This document shows positions 9,938-21,292 of a DNA stretch of 34,410 nt, piece by piece (position 1 is the stretch's first letter; every line of letters starts with the position of its first letter). The notes beneath the pieces were generated by a model. It ran no database searches, had not been told where the DNA came from, and saw nothing but the letters and a program-made list of their open reading frames with translations. The stretch spans positions 12,694,313 to 12,728,722 of the forward strand of contig NC_068984.1 in the NCBI RefSeq assembly GCF_001194135.2. Direction: 5' to 3'. A program made the position numbers and the translations under genes. The stretch comes from Octopus bimaculoides (Eukaryota).

Positions 9938-11170
9938 TGCAAACTTGAATCGGAAGTAATTCAGTAATTACATTTCAAAGTAAAAAGATAAAGAATGCGT
10001 TTACCTGAAGTTTATTTTTCTGTCAAATTTCTGCAGCGTACCAGTAATTAGAAAGACAAGGAGTAGACGCCAGATGAGAGACTTGGAAAAGAAAGACGGC
10101 AGAGAAGGTTGATTACGTCATAACGTATAATAGGACGTTCATTTCCTATTGACTTCTAGTAGCAAAGCCCCTTATTAAACTTCAGGAACTGCAAGTGACA
10201 CGTAGATTCGCTGATCAATTGCATCGATCAATTCAGCCATCTTGTTCCATCTTCTATAGAAAGAGTGGCCACCGCAAGAATGTCTGCTGCTAATGACACT
10301 GAGAAGAGACGTTATAATTATTTTTAGTTGTTCCGTCTTCTTGTCAACGGTCTCCTTACTTTCGATTAGTCGTATGCAAATATTGGTAGGAGTCTTTGAA
10401 TGTAGTCATGAGAAAAATGGTTCATTTATCAAATGACCGTCGTTTTCTTTTTTTCTTTTTATTATTTTCTTTTTCTTGTAGAGGAAAAGTTTTCAGCAAA
10501 GGAAAACTCTTAAGTTATGGAACTACAAAAGTGCATGAATGTTTAATAGAAGCGAAAGAGATTTCGTATCTGCTGAAAAAAGGCGATTTCATGGTAGGTT
10601 AGCTAAAGTATTAGCATTTGAATTCGTATCGCAAATGAAAAAGTTAATTATATTCCACTCTACACGTGTTTTATTATGTTAGGTAGAGTACTAATGTCTA
10701 TTCGATCCAATGTTCACCGCTGGAAATTTGAAACGTTTCCGTCGTGATAGATATCTGGTTTTAGAGATTAACACCCCGAATAAATAGATCGCTTCTGAGT
10801 CACTTCTGTTCCTCTTAATAACATAGAAAACACAAGTTAAAAAAAATAAACTTATGATCCATTATGTTTCGAAATAAAAGTATGTATTTAATCAAAAGCT
10901 TAAATTAAATGAGAAGAATAGGAATTCTCAGTCTGGCTACAGAATTAAGGAAGCTAAATGTAGACTTGCTTCTGGTATCCATACATAAGACGGTTAACAA
11001 TAATCTTTGAGCTAAAACAGAGAAATATCTAATACTTTCGTGCTTCAGGTAGTAGAGTATGCACACCGTTGAGCGCCAAGCTAAATACGTAATAGCATTC
11101 GGGTGCCCAATTTGTTTAAACATGGTATTTAGTGGTTAACATAGTAGATCCTTTTCATTCTACTAGTTTG

Positions 11171-11530
11171 GAATCTTTGACTCATTTACAGATTGTATCT
11201 TCATTGTGTCTTTTCTATTAGTGTCTTTTCCATGGTCATTGTTCTGACTAACTTTCTGCTCTAGCACTCTGCCAAGACCTTTACATGTGTCACCTTCTCT
11301 TCCAAGGCACATCATTTCTCTGTTGAGCTTCCTGTTAGTCATGAGTCCTTTTATTCTAATAACTTCTTTCCTCAAAGTGCTGTTCTCTGGAACTCACTAC
11401 CATCGTCTTGTTCTCCCCTGGTGTATGATATTTAGTCCTTTAAGTTTTACGTCAGTCAACATCATTTGAATTTGTAGGCCCCTACTTTTCACTCTATGTA
11501 GTCCCTTATACAACATTGGCCTCAAGTATT
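11171..11530 (+). mobile_element. 3' fragment of a CR1/L2-group LINE (ORF2 C-terminus plus 3' UTR), decayed
   Basis: Frames read ESLTHLQIVSSLCLFY*CLFHGHCSD*LSAL and SKAHHFSVELPVSHESFYSNNFFPQSAVLWNSLPSSCSPLVYDI*SFK. These match the typical SL.LFY..FHG.CS and SFF.R...LWNSLP...SFK motifs. Confidence 0.82.
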
Positions 11531-11718
11531 GTTTAGGACAAGATCGCATATAAAAATGCTGTGGGAGATCCTTTTTAGCTTTCGTTTTATCGGGATCGAT
11601 AAAATGATCACCTTTGGTGACAATTCAATTCACAAAACGTCAATCGAAATCCAGGCTTTGTACTTCGGTAAAAGAAAAAGTATTTTCGGGGTTTAGTTCT
11701 AATTCAAACAAAGAATTA

Positions 11719-11982
11719 CAGTAATCCCTCGACTATCGCGGGTGTTCGTTCCAAAACTCCCCGCGATAGGTGAAAATCCGCGAAGTAGAAACAGTGCTGT
11801 ACTGTATATTTTTTAAAATTATTTTTATAGTTTGTATATATCTATTTTATTATAAGCGCAAAATAACACCACGGAGGAATCGACGTAAACTTAAATAATA
11901 AACCACGATAGGTGAGCCGCGATAGGTGAACCGCGATAGGGGAACCACGATAGGTGAGCCGCGATATGGCGAGAGATTACTG
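11719..11982. mobile_element. pogo/Tigger-like MITE
   Basis: TIRs CAGTAATCCCTCGACTATCGCGG and (reverse complement) CAGTAATCTCTCGCCATATCGCGG. TA flanks at 11717-11718 and 11983-11984. Five tandem copies of the 14-bp motif CC(G/A)CGATAGGTGA(A/G) lie at about 11904-11966. Confidence 0.9.
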
Positions 11983-12211
11983 TAGTGTTATTAGAGAGTG
12001 AACTTGCAATACAGCTTCAACTAACGATCTACTGTTTATTCAACAGGCAGACATGTGTTACAGAACTCCTTCAAATATAAGGCTTTCTATCTTAACAAAA
12101 TAAATGAAGTTATATAAAGGCGAATAATAATTTAGGTATTTTGTTTGTTATAACAAATAAAGTGTCTCTCTCCTATATTTCTTTAACAAGAGTCCAACTG
12201 GTCTAATATTA

Positions 12212-12424
12212 ATTTCAAATTTTGGCTCGAGGCCAGCAAGTTCGGAGTAGTGGAGAAGTCGAGTACATCGACCCCAGTGTTCAACTGGTATTTATTTTAT
12301 CGACCCCGGAAGGATAAAATGCAAAGCTGATCTCAACGAAATTTGAACTCCGAACGTAAAAACAGACGAAATGCCGCTAAGCATTTTGCCCAGCGTGTTA
12401 ACGTTTCTGTCAGCTCGTCACCTT
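12212..12424 (-). mobile_element. SINE family C, diverged
   Basis: ATCGACCCCAGTGTTCAACTGGTA...GAAATTTGAACTCCGAACGTAA...CAGCTCGTCACCTT. Confidence 0.85.
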
Positions 12425-12816
12425 TCAACTCCTGTAACATTCGTAATAGTATGAGTGATGATAGGGAAGCACTTGCGATGCTGCTTTTAACGTCCCTGCT
12501 TTGATTATGGAATTTGGTTTCAGAAGATTGAGCTAATTAATTAACAATTCATCATCAAACGAATCCATCATGATTGAGACACCAATGAGATCCAGTTTCC
12601 CTTCTGCAGTACCCACGACAAGAATTGAAGTCGGTTTTGCAAACGAATTTAAATGTTACAAGCAACAAAACTATTATCAATAATCCTAACAATCACCATT
12701 AATGTTATTTATTAAAAGTAAAAATATTGCAACTATGAAACAACGTGGTGTAAGGGGCTCTGAGCTTGCACGACCAGCTTAAAAATATACATACATACAG
12801 ACAGATAGACGCACAG

Positions 12817-12857
<41 letters not shown>

Positions 12858-12919
12858 CGTTTAGCTTTGACTGTCAGCTAAAAGAATACTCGATACTATA
12901 CTAGAAGTGGATCATGGTT

Positions 12920-13127
12920 ACAAATTTTGGTAGAAGGCCAGGAATTTTGGGAGAGGAATTAAGTCGATTGTATCGCCCCCAGTACTCAACTGACACTTAT
13001 TTTATCGGCCCAAAACGTTGAAAGCAAGTCGACCTCGGTGGAATGTGAACTCAGAACGGTAAAGACGGATGAAATGCCTCTAAGCATTTTACCCGGCGTC
13101 CTAAAGGTTCTGTCCGTTCCCTGCCTT
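12920..13127 (-). mobile_element. SINE family C, diverged
   Basis: AAGTCGACCTCGGTGGAATGTGAACTCAGAACGG...CTAAGCATTTTACCCGGCG. Confidence 0.82.
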
Positions 13128-13973
13128 AGTAGAGAGGAATAGTAATTGTTATTTTGGTCATTCATTTGCTACTTCGGTTTCGTTGTAATTTGCATTTCTT
13201 GTTTGAATTGAGCAATGCAAACATTGCAAACATGTTGTTAATAGAAGCAATACACGATGTTTGTATTAAGGTAGAATTACGGGTGTGTGGTTTTCAGTTA
13301 TCGTATGTTATTAGACAACGTCATGTAAGTAGATACGGTCGTTCAGCCATTTTTTTTTTGCTTTGTACTTACCCTTTGTGGTCAGAAAATAGAAATCGCT
13401 TGGGTCTTTCCTGCATTTATTTATCGCGTCACCGAAAAGGTTAATTATATGTTTATTGAAACACGTCCGTGAGTTTACATTACATCGCACACTCTCAGAA
13501 TCTTATTCGCACAAACTCCACACACACGCACACACACATACACGCAAACACAAGCACGCACACACATATACACACACACATAGATCCAATTAAAGGTTAA
13601 ATTAGCCTCATTAACGGATGCTATCATCCAATGAATTACTAGTTTAATACCTAATATTTCTTGTAAATAATAATATTCATAAAACAATAGGTTTATTTAT
13701 AAACCTCGGTTTATGATCATTCAAAAGAAAGTAAAACAAAATGGAGATACAGCATTTAATAAAGAGTCTGCTGTGGTGATTCTAAAATAAAATACAAAAA
13801 CATAACGTTATATCTTTTTTTTCTACCTCTCTGAAGAGATTTTGCCTAATATAATGATTTTAATAATTGCTATTTAATCTATGAAGCTTAATTGAAACAG
13901 CTGTAAGGGACTATACAGTTTTGTATTAAATACTATATCTCCATTTTCTTACTTCCTTTTTATTTATCTACAT

Positions 13974-14228
13974 CAGTGTTTCTCAACCATTTGTTTTTAC
14001 CCATGAACCTTTTTGATTCCTATTTTATTCGGATGGACTCTCCTAGTCATTCGATATTTTGCAACATCATTTATTTTTTTAATTAAATATTATTAGGTAA
14101 TATATAAAATAATTATTAAAATATTTTGCATATTGTAGAAATATAACCGATTTACTGGAGATAAATGTTGACAACGAAATCTAATATCGATCTGCAAGAG
14201 CCATACGGACACCGGTTGGGGCCGAAAC
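13974..14228. mobile_element. hAT (Charlie-like) MITE remnant
   Basis: The left end CAGTGTTTCTCAACC is a typical hAT-Charlie terminus. The right end is only partly recognisable (CCGGTTG). No TSD was confirmed. Confidence 0.5.
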
Positions 14229-14439
14229 TTGAAAGGAATACGACTAGTCTTGTAAGTCTAATCATTTGAATAAATACCACTGCACACTACCATATATATT
14301 GAGTGCTTTATCTTAAATTGTGACTTACTCAGTACACACAAATATACATATACATATATACATATTTATGCAAATGTGGTTTTTCCTGCTTTTAATTATT
14401 TCATTTCTTCCCATTAAAAAAAAAAATGTATTTTCGCTG

Positions 14440-14635
14440 GAATTTGGTCAATAACAATAAGTGTTAAAAGCTGTACTCTCATGCATATAGTTGCATATCT
14501 AGACATGCTCATATACACTTAAATGATAAACTTTTGGAAAGCTTTACACATTCTTACAGTTCCAGTAATGGCTTGGATCTGTAGGCTTCGAATCAGCTTT
14601 CTCCTTTCTGGTTTTGAGAATCCCAATTTCTCAAG
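14440..14635 (-). mobile_element. 3' end of an RLE-type (R4/Dong/NeSL-like) LINE
   Basis: The minus frame ends LEKLGFSKPERRKLIRSLQIQAITGTVRMCKAFQKFII*, which resembles RLE-LINE C-termini (Q...I.GT..I.K/R). About 88% identical over 105 nt to 20827-20931, with a shared 3' UTR motif CATGTCTA.A.ATGCAA.TATATGC. Confidence 0.65.
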
Positions 14636-14702
14636 ATTATGTATGTATGTATTATGTATGTATGTATGTATGTATGTATGTATGTATGTATGTATGTATG
14701 TT

Positions 14703-14896
14703 ACAAATTCCAGCACCATGAGGCAGAGAACTGCAAAATATTCATGTCAACCATTCCTTCCCTGATCATCTTCGTGACTGTTTTCAGGTAAATACGTCTG
14801 GGTCGTCCATTTCTACTGGTTCCTTCTGGCTTCTAGTGTACTGTCTTCCATAATTACCTATCTGGTTGTAATATCACCGAGTAGTTTATACTTACT
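14703..14896 (-). mobile_element. RTE-like LINE ORF2 C-terminal fragment, decayed
   Basis: The minus frame at 14785-14850 reads WKTVH*KPEGTSRNGRPRRIYL, matching the W.P.G.R..GRP motif of RTE-clade ORF2 ends. Confidence 0.6.
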
Positions 14897-15154
14897 CATA
14901 TATACACCCACCCACCCACGTTCTCATTAACACGCACACCCACATACATTATTTTACTGATTTCAGTGACGTCAATAAAAGTACATACTTAAGTTACATC
15001 GGAAAGCGTTGCCGATAGTATGATTAAAAGGATTAAGAAAGCTACATGGCAGAAGAATTAGTTATTAAAATTTAGCTATGAATAAACATATAATATTTTA
15101 TTTTGTTTAAAAATCGGATTACAATAAATTATTTGATTTTAACGAGCATGTGAA

Positions 15155-15188
<34 letters not shown>

Positions 15189-15238
15189 NNNNNNNNNNNN
15201 NNNNNNNNNNNNNNNNNNNNNNNNNNNNNNNNNNNNNN

Positions 15239-15284
<46 letters not shown>

Positions 15285-15776
15285 ATGTTATATAATAAGA
15301 ATTAAATGCAATAAGAAGCAAAGAGAACTCAACAATAATTAGCAAAGTATTGTATATGTATATAATTTATCATCACGCGCATGCAGAACAATGAAAATTG
15401 AAATAATGATGCTACAGTGACGAAAACAGATTTGGACGTGAATATGCTAATCGCTGTTGAAGTTTGTCTACGTATAACAACTTCTTTCAGATAATGTCTG
15501 CATACAATATACTCCGATTCATTTAGGTAAGAGAGAAACGCACTTTGTCTGAAAGAATAAATTATTTTCGGTTGACAGAATACAACAGCGATTAGCATAC
15601 TGACGTTCGAACCTGTAGCAAAGTATTGAGAACATATATTTTTTTTATCACTACCTGTAGATCCGACTTTATATTACACCTGTTAGTTTCGGACTAACTT
15701 GGCTCATCAAGAAATGTAGCACTTTAGAGTAAATGTAGGGTAATGAAGGCATATCCTCTTACATGTACATAAGTGC

Positions 15777-15809
<33 letters not shown>

Positions 15810-16709
15810 TGTACATAATAATACAAATAATACGTGAGTATATCTATATATACGTACATGTATGTACAAACCTTCATCTACATGTACATATAGATGCATA
15901 TCTGGGTACAGAACGTCACAAAAAAAAAAAAAAAAAANNNNNNNNNNNNNNNNNNNNNNNNNNNNNNNNNNNNNNNNNNNNNNNNNNNNNNNNNNNNNNN
16001 NNNNNNNNNNNNNNNNNNNNNNNNNNNNNNNNNNNNNNNNNNNNNNNNNNNNNNNNNNNNNNNNNNNNNNNNNNNNNNNNNNNNNNNNNNNNNNNNNNNN
16101 NNNNNNNNNNNNNNNNNNNNNNNNNNNNNNNNNNNNNNNNNNNNNNNNNNNNNNNNNNNNNNNNNNNNNNNNNNNNNNNNNNNNNNNNNNNNNNNNNNNN
16201 NNNNNNNNNNNNNNNNNNNNNNNNNNNNNNNNNNNNNNNNNNNNNNNNNNNNNNNNNNNNNNNNNNNNNNNNNNNNNNNNNNNNNNNNNNNNNNNNNNNN
16301 NNNNNNNNNNNNNNNNNNNNNNNNNNNNNNNNNNNNNNNNNNNNNNNNNNNNNNNNNNNNNNNNNNNNNNNNNNNNNNNNNNNNNNNNNNNNNNNNNNNN
16401 NNNNNNNNNNNNNNNNNNNNNNNNNNNNNNNNNNNNNNNNNNNNNNNNNNNNNNNNNNNNNNNNNNNNNNNNNNNNNNNNNNNNNNNNNNNNNNNNNNNN
16501 NNNNNNNNNNNNNNNNNNNNNNNNNNNNNNNNNNNNNNNNNNNNNNNNNNNNNNNNNNNNNNNNNNNNNNNNNNNNNNNNNNNNNNNNNNNNNNNNNNNN
16601 NNNNNNNNNNNNNNNNNNNNNNNNNNNNNNNNNNNNNNNNNNNNNNNNNNNNNNNNNNNNNNNNNNNNNNNNNNNNNNNNNNNNNNNNNNNNNNNNNNNN
16701 NNNNNNNNN

Positions 16710-16750
<41 letters not shown>

Positions 16751-16905
16751 TCCCTTTCTTTTTAATTATTTATTAGTGTCAGTAATTGGGCTGCAATCAT
16801 AGTTTTGTACTGTTTATGGTGATTTGGTGCGAATATGCTATCCATTTACACTGTACCTGTTTACTTATTTCGGTTTTGGATGTATTTTATCGCTCTTTAC
16901 TATTA

Positions 16906-16936
<31 letters not shown>

Positions 16937-17610
16937 TTTATTCATTATAGTAACTGGTTATAATATAGAACGTTCCATGTTTAGCGTGTGTAAACTTGTC
17001 AACAAATGCATTTCATTCCTCGCCATCGAGTTCACGATCGTTTATGTAGCCAGGAATATCTGAAGCAAATCTGGAAATAAAACATTTGAGTATAAATGAA
17101 CAGTAATAATATGCAAATATATTTAAATAAGCTACAAATGACTAATGTGTCAGCGCTTATTTGACTAATTTGACATTTCCTGTAAGTAATTGAGCAACTG
17201 TCGAATGGGATGTAATGTACCTGATAAAGAGACACTACTAGAAAAAGAATGTTTTATAAAATATGAGTATTACCATTTTCCAAAAACTGTGCAGGAAGAC
17301 TTTTGCTAATCAAGGTAACAGCCTATTACAACAAACACTACAAAATTAAGAGTAAATTAAGAGTATAATATTTTAATTATGTTCTAAACGGCGTTCATTC
17401 TCTGTTCTCTCTGTCATGTGGTGTAAAGTAATTTGTTTTGGTTTTATATCAGAGCCGTTCCTGTAAAGTGAAAAATTGAAAACAGTTATATTCTTTCTCT
17501 TCATGGACAGAAAAAAACTCTCTGGTTTATAAAGAATAAAAAGTTTTGAATGGTACAACAATGCACTATAATACAAAAAATGGACTATATACCTGTTGTA
17601 ATTTAGTTAT

Positions 17611-17665
17611 ATCTATAGTCCGATGATATTTCGGAATACAATTCCTTCTTCAGATCTTCTTAGAT
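17611..17665 (-). ncRNA. Minimal type I hammerhead ribozyme motif (intact core, helix III reduced to an AUAU palindrome)
   Basis: Minus strand reads AUCUA-agaa-GAU-CUGAAGA-A-GGAAU(UGU)AUUCC-GAA-AUAU-C|AUC-ggacua-UAGAU. The core is complete, helix II is 5/5, and helix I is 3 bp plus an internal loop plus 5 bp. Confidence 0.7.
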
Positions 17666-18112
17666 GGAGTCTCTGCTATAAACTGTTTACTAACGGCTTT
17701 TCTTTCTTTCTTTTTTTTTACCCGGAAGTGTCGCAGTAGTGGTCTCACGAAGCTACTTCCGGAATTCTTCATGAGAAGTGAGTGAGGTCGGCTATGTTTC
17801 AATCTCGTGTGTATTGGACAAATAACTGTAGCTTGTTACTTTTTTTTATTCTTGTTCTGTCTACTTCTACTAAGCTGTCTCCATTGACTATTATGTACAT
17901 TGACTTTATGTACATATGAGAAATATAGAAGCGAAATGGAAGTGTTATTAAAATAAAACATTATGCTACTCTCAAATTCGCTGACCGCGTGCCTATATCA
18001 GAAAATAATTTTTTATGTAGAATGTCGCTAAAAAATCTTCCGACTAGGTAGGAGTTGGGATATGAAGATTTCCCTAAATGAAATGCCACTAACAATATTT
18101 ACAAGTTAAACA

Positions 18113-18378
18113 AAGCGGCGAGCTGGAGGAAAGGTTAGCACGCCAGGCGAAATGCTTAGCGGTATTTCGTCTGTCTTTACGTTCTGAGTTCAAATTCCGC
18201 TGGAGTCGACTTTGCTTTTCGCAACATAAATTAAGTACGATAAATTAAGTACGCAACTAGTACTTAATTTAAGTTTAACTTAACTTAAATTAAGTACCAG
18301 TTGCGTACTGGGGTCGATCTAATCGACTGCCCCCCCCCCTCTCCCAAAATTTCGGGCCTTGTGCCTAGCGTAGAAAAC
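18113..18378 (+). mobile_element. SINE family C with an internal fold-back duplication
   Basis: Full head and tail are present. Preceded by AATATTTACAAGTTAAACA (18094-18112). Confidence 0.92.
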
Positions 18379-18399
18379 AATAATATTTACTAGTTAAAC

Positions 18400-18600
18400 A
18401 AGGCGGTGAGCTGGCTGAAACGTTAGCACGGCGGGCGAAATGCACAGCGGTATTTCGTCTGTCTTTACGTTCTAAGTTCAAATTCCGCCGAGGTCAAACT
18501 TTGCTTTCATCCTTTCGGGGTCGATAAACTAATTACCAGTTGCGTACTGGAGTCGATCTAATCGACAAACATTTCGGGCCTTGTGCCTCGAGTTGAAAAG
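18400..18600 (+). mobile_element. SINE family C, tandem second copy with a small deletion
   Basis: Flanked by AATATTTACTAGTTAAACA (18382-18400) and AATATTTACTGGTTAAACA (18601-18619). Confidence 0.92.
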
Positions 18601-19445
18601 AATATTTACTGGTTAAACATTTGCCATAAAGCATAGTCTACATTGAAAACCAAGCTGATATTTCTTTTGTATGAATTTACAGAAATTATTCCTAGATGAT
18701 ACTGTTTAAAATACGATTTGAATTAATCTTCTCATTTTACAAAATTTCAATTTGATCATTCAAACCATATATATCTACGGATATAGCTACGGTTCTTGTA
18801 ACTAAAATAAAGTTAGATTTTGTAACGGGAACGAATTTGTTGATTCACTCAAAATTTTTGTGTAACCCTTATTTGTTTCATGAAAAAGTTTAATATTAGG
18901 ATGGAAATAAAGATTAATGCCAATATAAATTATAAAACAAAGCAAAAATCCTTATTTACTACATTACATGCCCACAACGCAATGAGGGATACATCGGCTG
19001 ATATAATTCAAAATTAATACATAAGGTTTAGAGTGTGTATATATATATATATATATATATAAACAACAAAACAATGATTCTTCTCTCAGAAATACATACT
19101 CCATGTAGTGAACACGTAGATGCTTGTGCAAATGACAAGTTCAAAATATTTCCATATTTCAAAATAAAGGGAGAAATTGATCAATAACGAAAGGCAAAAG
19201 AAAAAAAAAACTTTATAGGAATTTTAAATATCAAACTAAACTATACGTATGTATAGTCAACTGCTACTAAAGCAACATCCTTTAAACGGATTATCCCTTA
19301 ACATCTCTATATAATTAATCATTTTAAATTTTAAGTAAATCTCTCTTCACGAACATATATCATGTATGTATGTTTGTATGTATGTATACATTCATACATA
19401 CTTATTTGCATGCGTAAGTATTTATATATTTAAGTATGTATGTAT

Positions 19446-19481
<36 letters not shown>

Positions 19482-20600
19482 AATATACACATACAAACAT
19501 ACATAAATGCATAGATATAACTAGGTCTCAGGGCCATGAAACATAAACCACACCAGTGACCTTCATATTAATATAATTCGTTCACAGAAGCATCACATTA
19601 TTAAAATCACCTGCCAAAAACACGGGGAATTTTTGAGCGCCACGAACTTCATTCAGCAAATGTTGTCAACCTAATTAATGTCAACGTTCTTTTAAATCAA
19701 TAACTCCGCCATGATACCGCACCGCCATAAATGCTGGTCACATGAGTTCTTTTCAATCTTCAGATAATTTAGATAATTTTAACAGAGTTCTTAAGTTTCT
19801 TCCTCTTCTTTCCACTTAAGATCATCTGGACATCGGTGTGGCTTGTGTTTTACAGTCAAGTTGTTTGTAGCAACATCTGACCGGTGTTGATGGATCCAGC
19901 CGAGATAATGTGAGGGAACCTAAACAGTCGCTTGAAGTATGGCAATGTGAAGGCGAAACTCCGAATAGCGTCTCAGTGGGACATAAATTTGAATAAATAA
20001 AACTGAATACTGTTCTTCTATAACTGAGAGTATTGAATATATATTTTCGTTTAAAAGCTATTGCTTCACGCGTCACACACACGCACGCACAAAAGCAGAC
20101 GACCCCTCAGTGCATATTTATATACACAAACATATATATGTATCATATAATATGTACATACACACACGTACGCACGAGCACACATGCGCATGTGTTATAT
20201 ACACACACACACACATACATACACACACCCACACATACACACACATATATAAATATATGTATATTTATATATATGTATATATATATTTGTATATACATAT
20301 AAATATATATATATATATANNNNNNNNNNNNNNNNNNNNNNNNNNNNNNNNNNNNNNNNNNNNNNNNNNNNNNNNNNNNNNNNNNNNNNNNNNNNNNNNN
20401 NNNNNNNNNNNNNNNNNNNNNNNNNNNNNNNNNNNNNNNNNNNNNNNNNNNNNNNNNNNNNNNNNNNNNNNNNNNNNNNNNNNNNNNNNNNNNNNNNNNN
20501 NNNNNNNNNNNNNNNNNNNNNNNNNNNNNNNNNNNNNNNNNNNNNNNNNNNNNNNNNNNNNNNNATATATATATATATATAATATATATTTTTTTTTCAG

Positions 20601-20679
20601 CCAAAATGCAGACGAGTATCGACGTTCCTATGTGGCAGGCTTGAAAATTGTTAAGAGACTACTTTGCATAAAACCATCG
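20601..20679 (+). CDS. Possible isolated internal exon (QNADEYRRSYVAGLKIVKRLLCIKPS), product unknown
   Basis: Strong acceptor TTTTTTTTTCAG at 20600 and donor CG|GTAACT at 20680. One open frame over 79 nt. No recognisable homology and no partner exons identified. Confidence 0.3.
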
Positions 20680-20759
20680 GTAACTTTGTTAACCAGCAAA
20701 TAAAGAATATTTATCTATCAATGCACCGTTGAGCACTCATTCTCACTGTTCAGTATTAG

Positions 20760-20931
20760 TGTATGTTTTATTTTTTGTATATTTTGTTACGCATATACTT
20801 GCATTTTTAGACATGGTGATATATATTTAAGTGATAAACTTCTGGAAAGTTTTACAGATTTTTACAGTACCTGTGATGGATTGGATCTGTGGTCTTCGAA
20901 TCAGCTTTCTCATTTCTGGTTTTGAGAAGCC
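20760..20931 (-). mobile_element. 3' end of the RLE-type LINE, second copy
   Basis: The minus frame reads GFSKPEMRKLIRRPQIQSITGTVKICKTFQKFIT*, homologous to 14519-14635. Confidence 0.7.
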
Positions 20932-20935
20932 TTTG

Positions 20936-21052
20936 CGAAAGGATGAAAGGCAGAGTCGACCACGGCGGAATTTGAGCTCAGAACGTACCGACGGGCGAAA
21001 TACCACTAAGCATTTCGTGCGGCGCGCTAACGATTCTGCCAGCTCACCGCCC
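20936..21052 (-). mobile_element. SINE family C head and core only, fused to the LINE 3' end
   Basis: GGCGGTGAGCTGGCAGAATCGTTAGCGCG...GACTCTGCCTTTCATCCTTTCG, then the sequence switches to LINE within 4 nt. Confidence 0.85.
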
Positions 21053-21292
21053 AACAGAAAAACATAACCGATTTGTTTATATACGCAACAAAACTCAACA
21101 GCTTCAGAGACCTGGAGCAACTAATTTAAAAACTATAAGTTTTTCACATCAGCGAACATTCAACGAGGATAATTTTGTAAATGTTATCATTCTTTGCAAA
21201 CGATGTACAGTCCTATGCAAAAACACGTCGCTCTACTCCATACTGACTATCTAAGCAAATACACACCATTTTCAATTGTGTAATATCTAAAA

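Noticed and set aside
12455-12560. GTGATGA box-C-like motif (also near 2982)
   Set aside because: There is no CTGA box D at a suitable distance and no terminal stem, so it is not supportable as a snoRNA.
13373-13410. Possible 38-nt minus-strand exon (KDPSDFYFLTTK) with a strong GTAAGT donor
   Set aside because: The acceptor lacks a polypyrimidine tract, and the segment is too short to support without RNA data.
18094-18619. Repeat-spacer-repeat pattern resembling CRISPR
   Set aside because: The context is eukaryotic, the spacers are homologous SINEs, and the repeats are target-site duplications.
19870-19995. Open frame QHLTGVDGSSRDNVREPKQSLEVWQCEGETPNSVSVGHKFE*
   Set aside because: No recognisable homology. 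It may be a decayed repeat, and there is no consistent splice-site pair.
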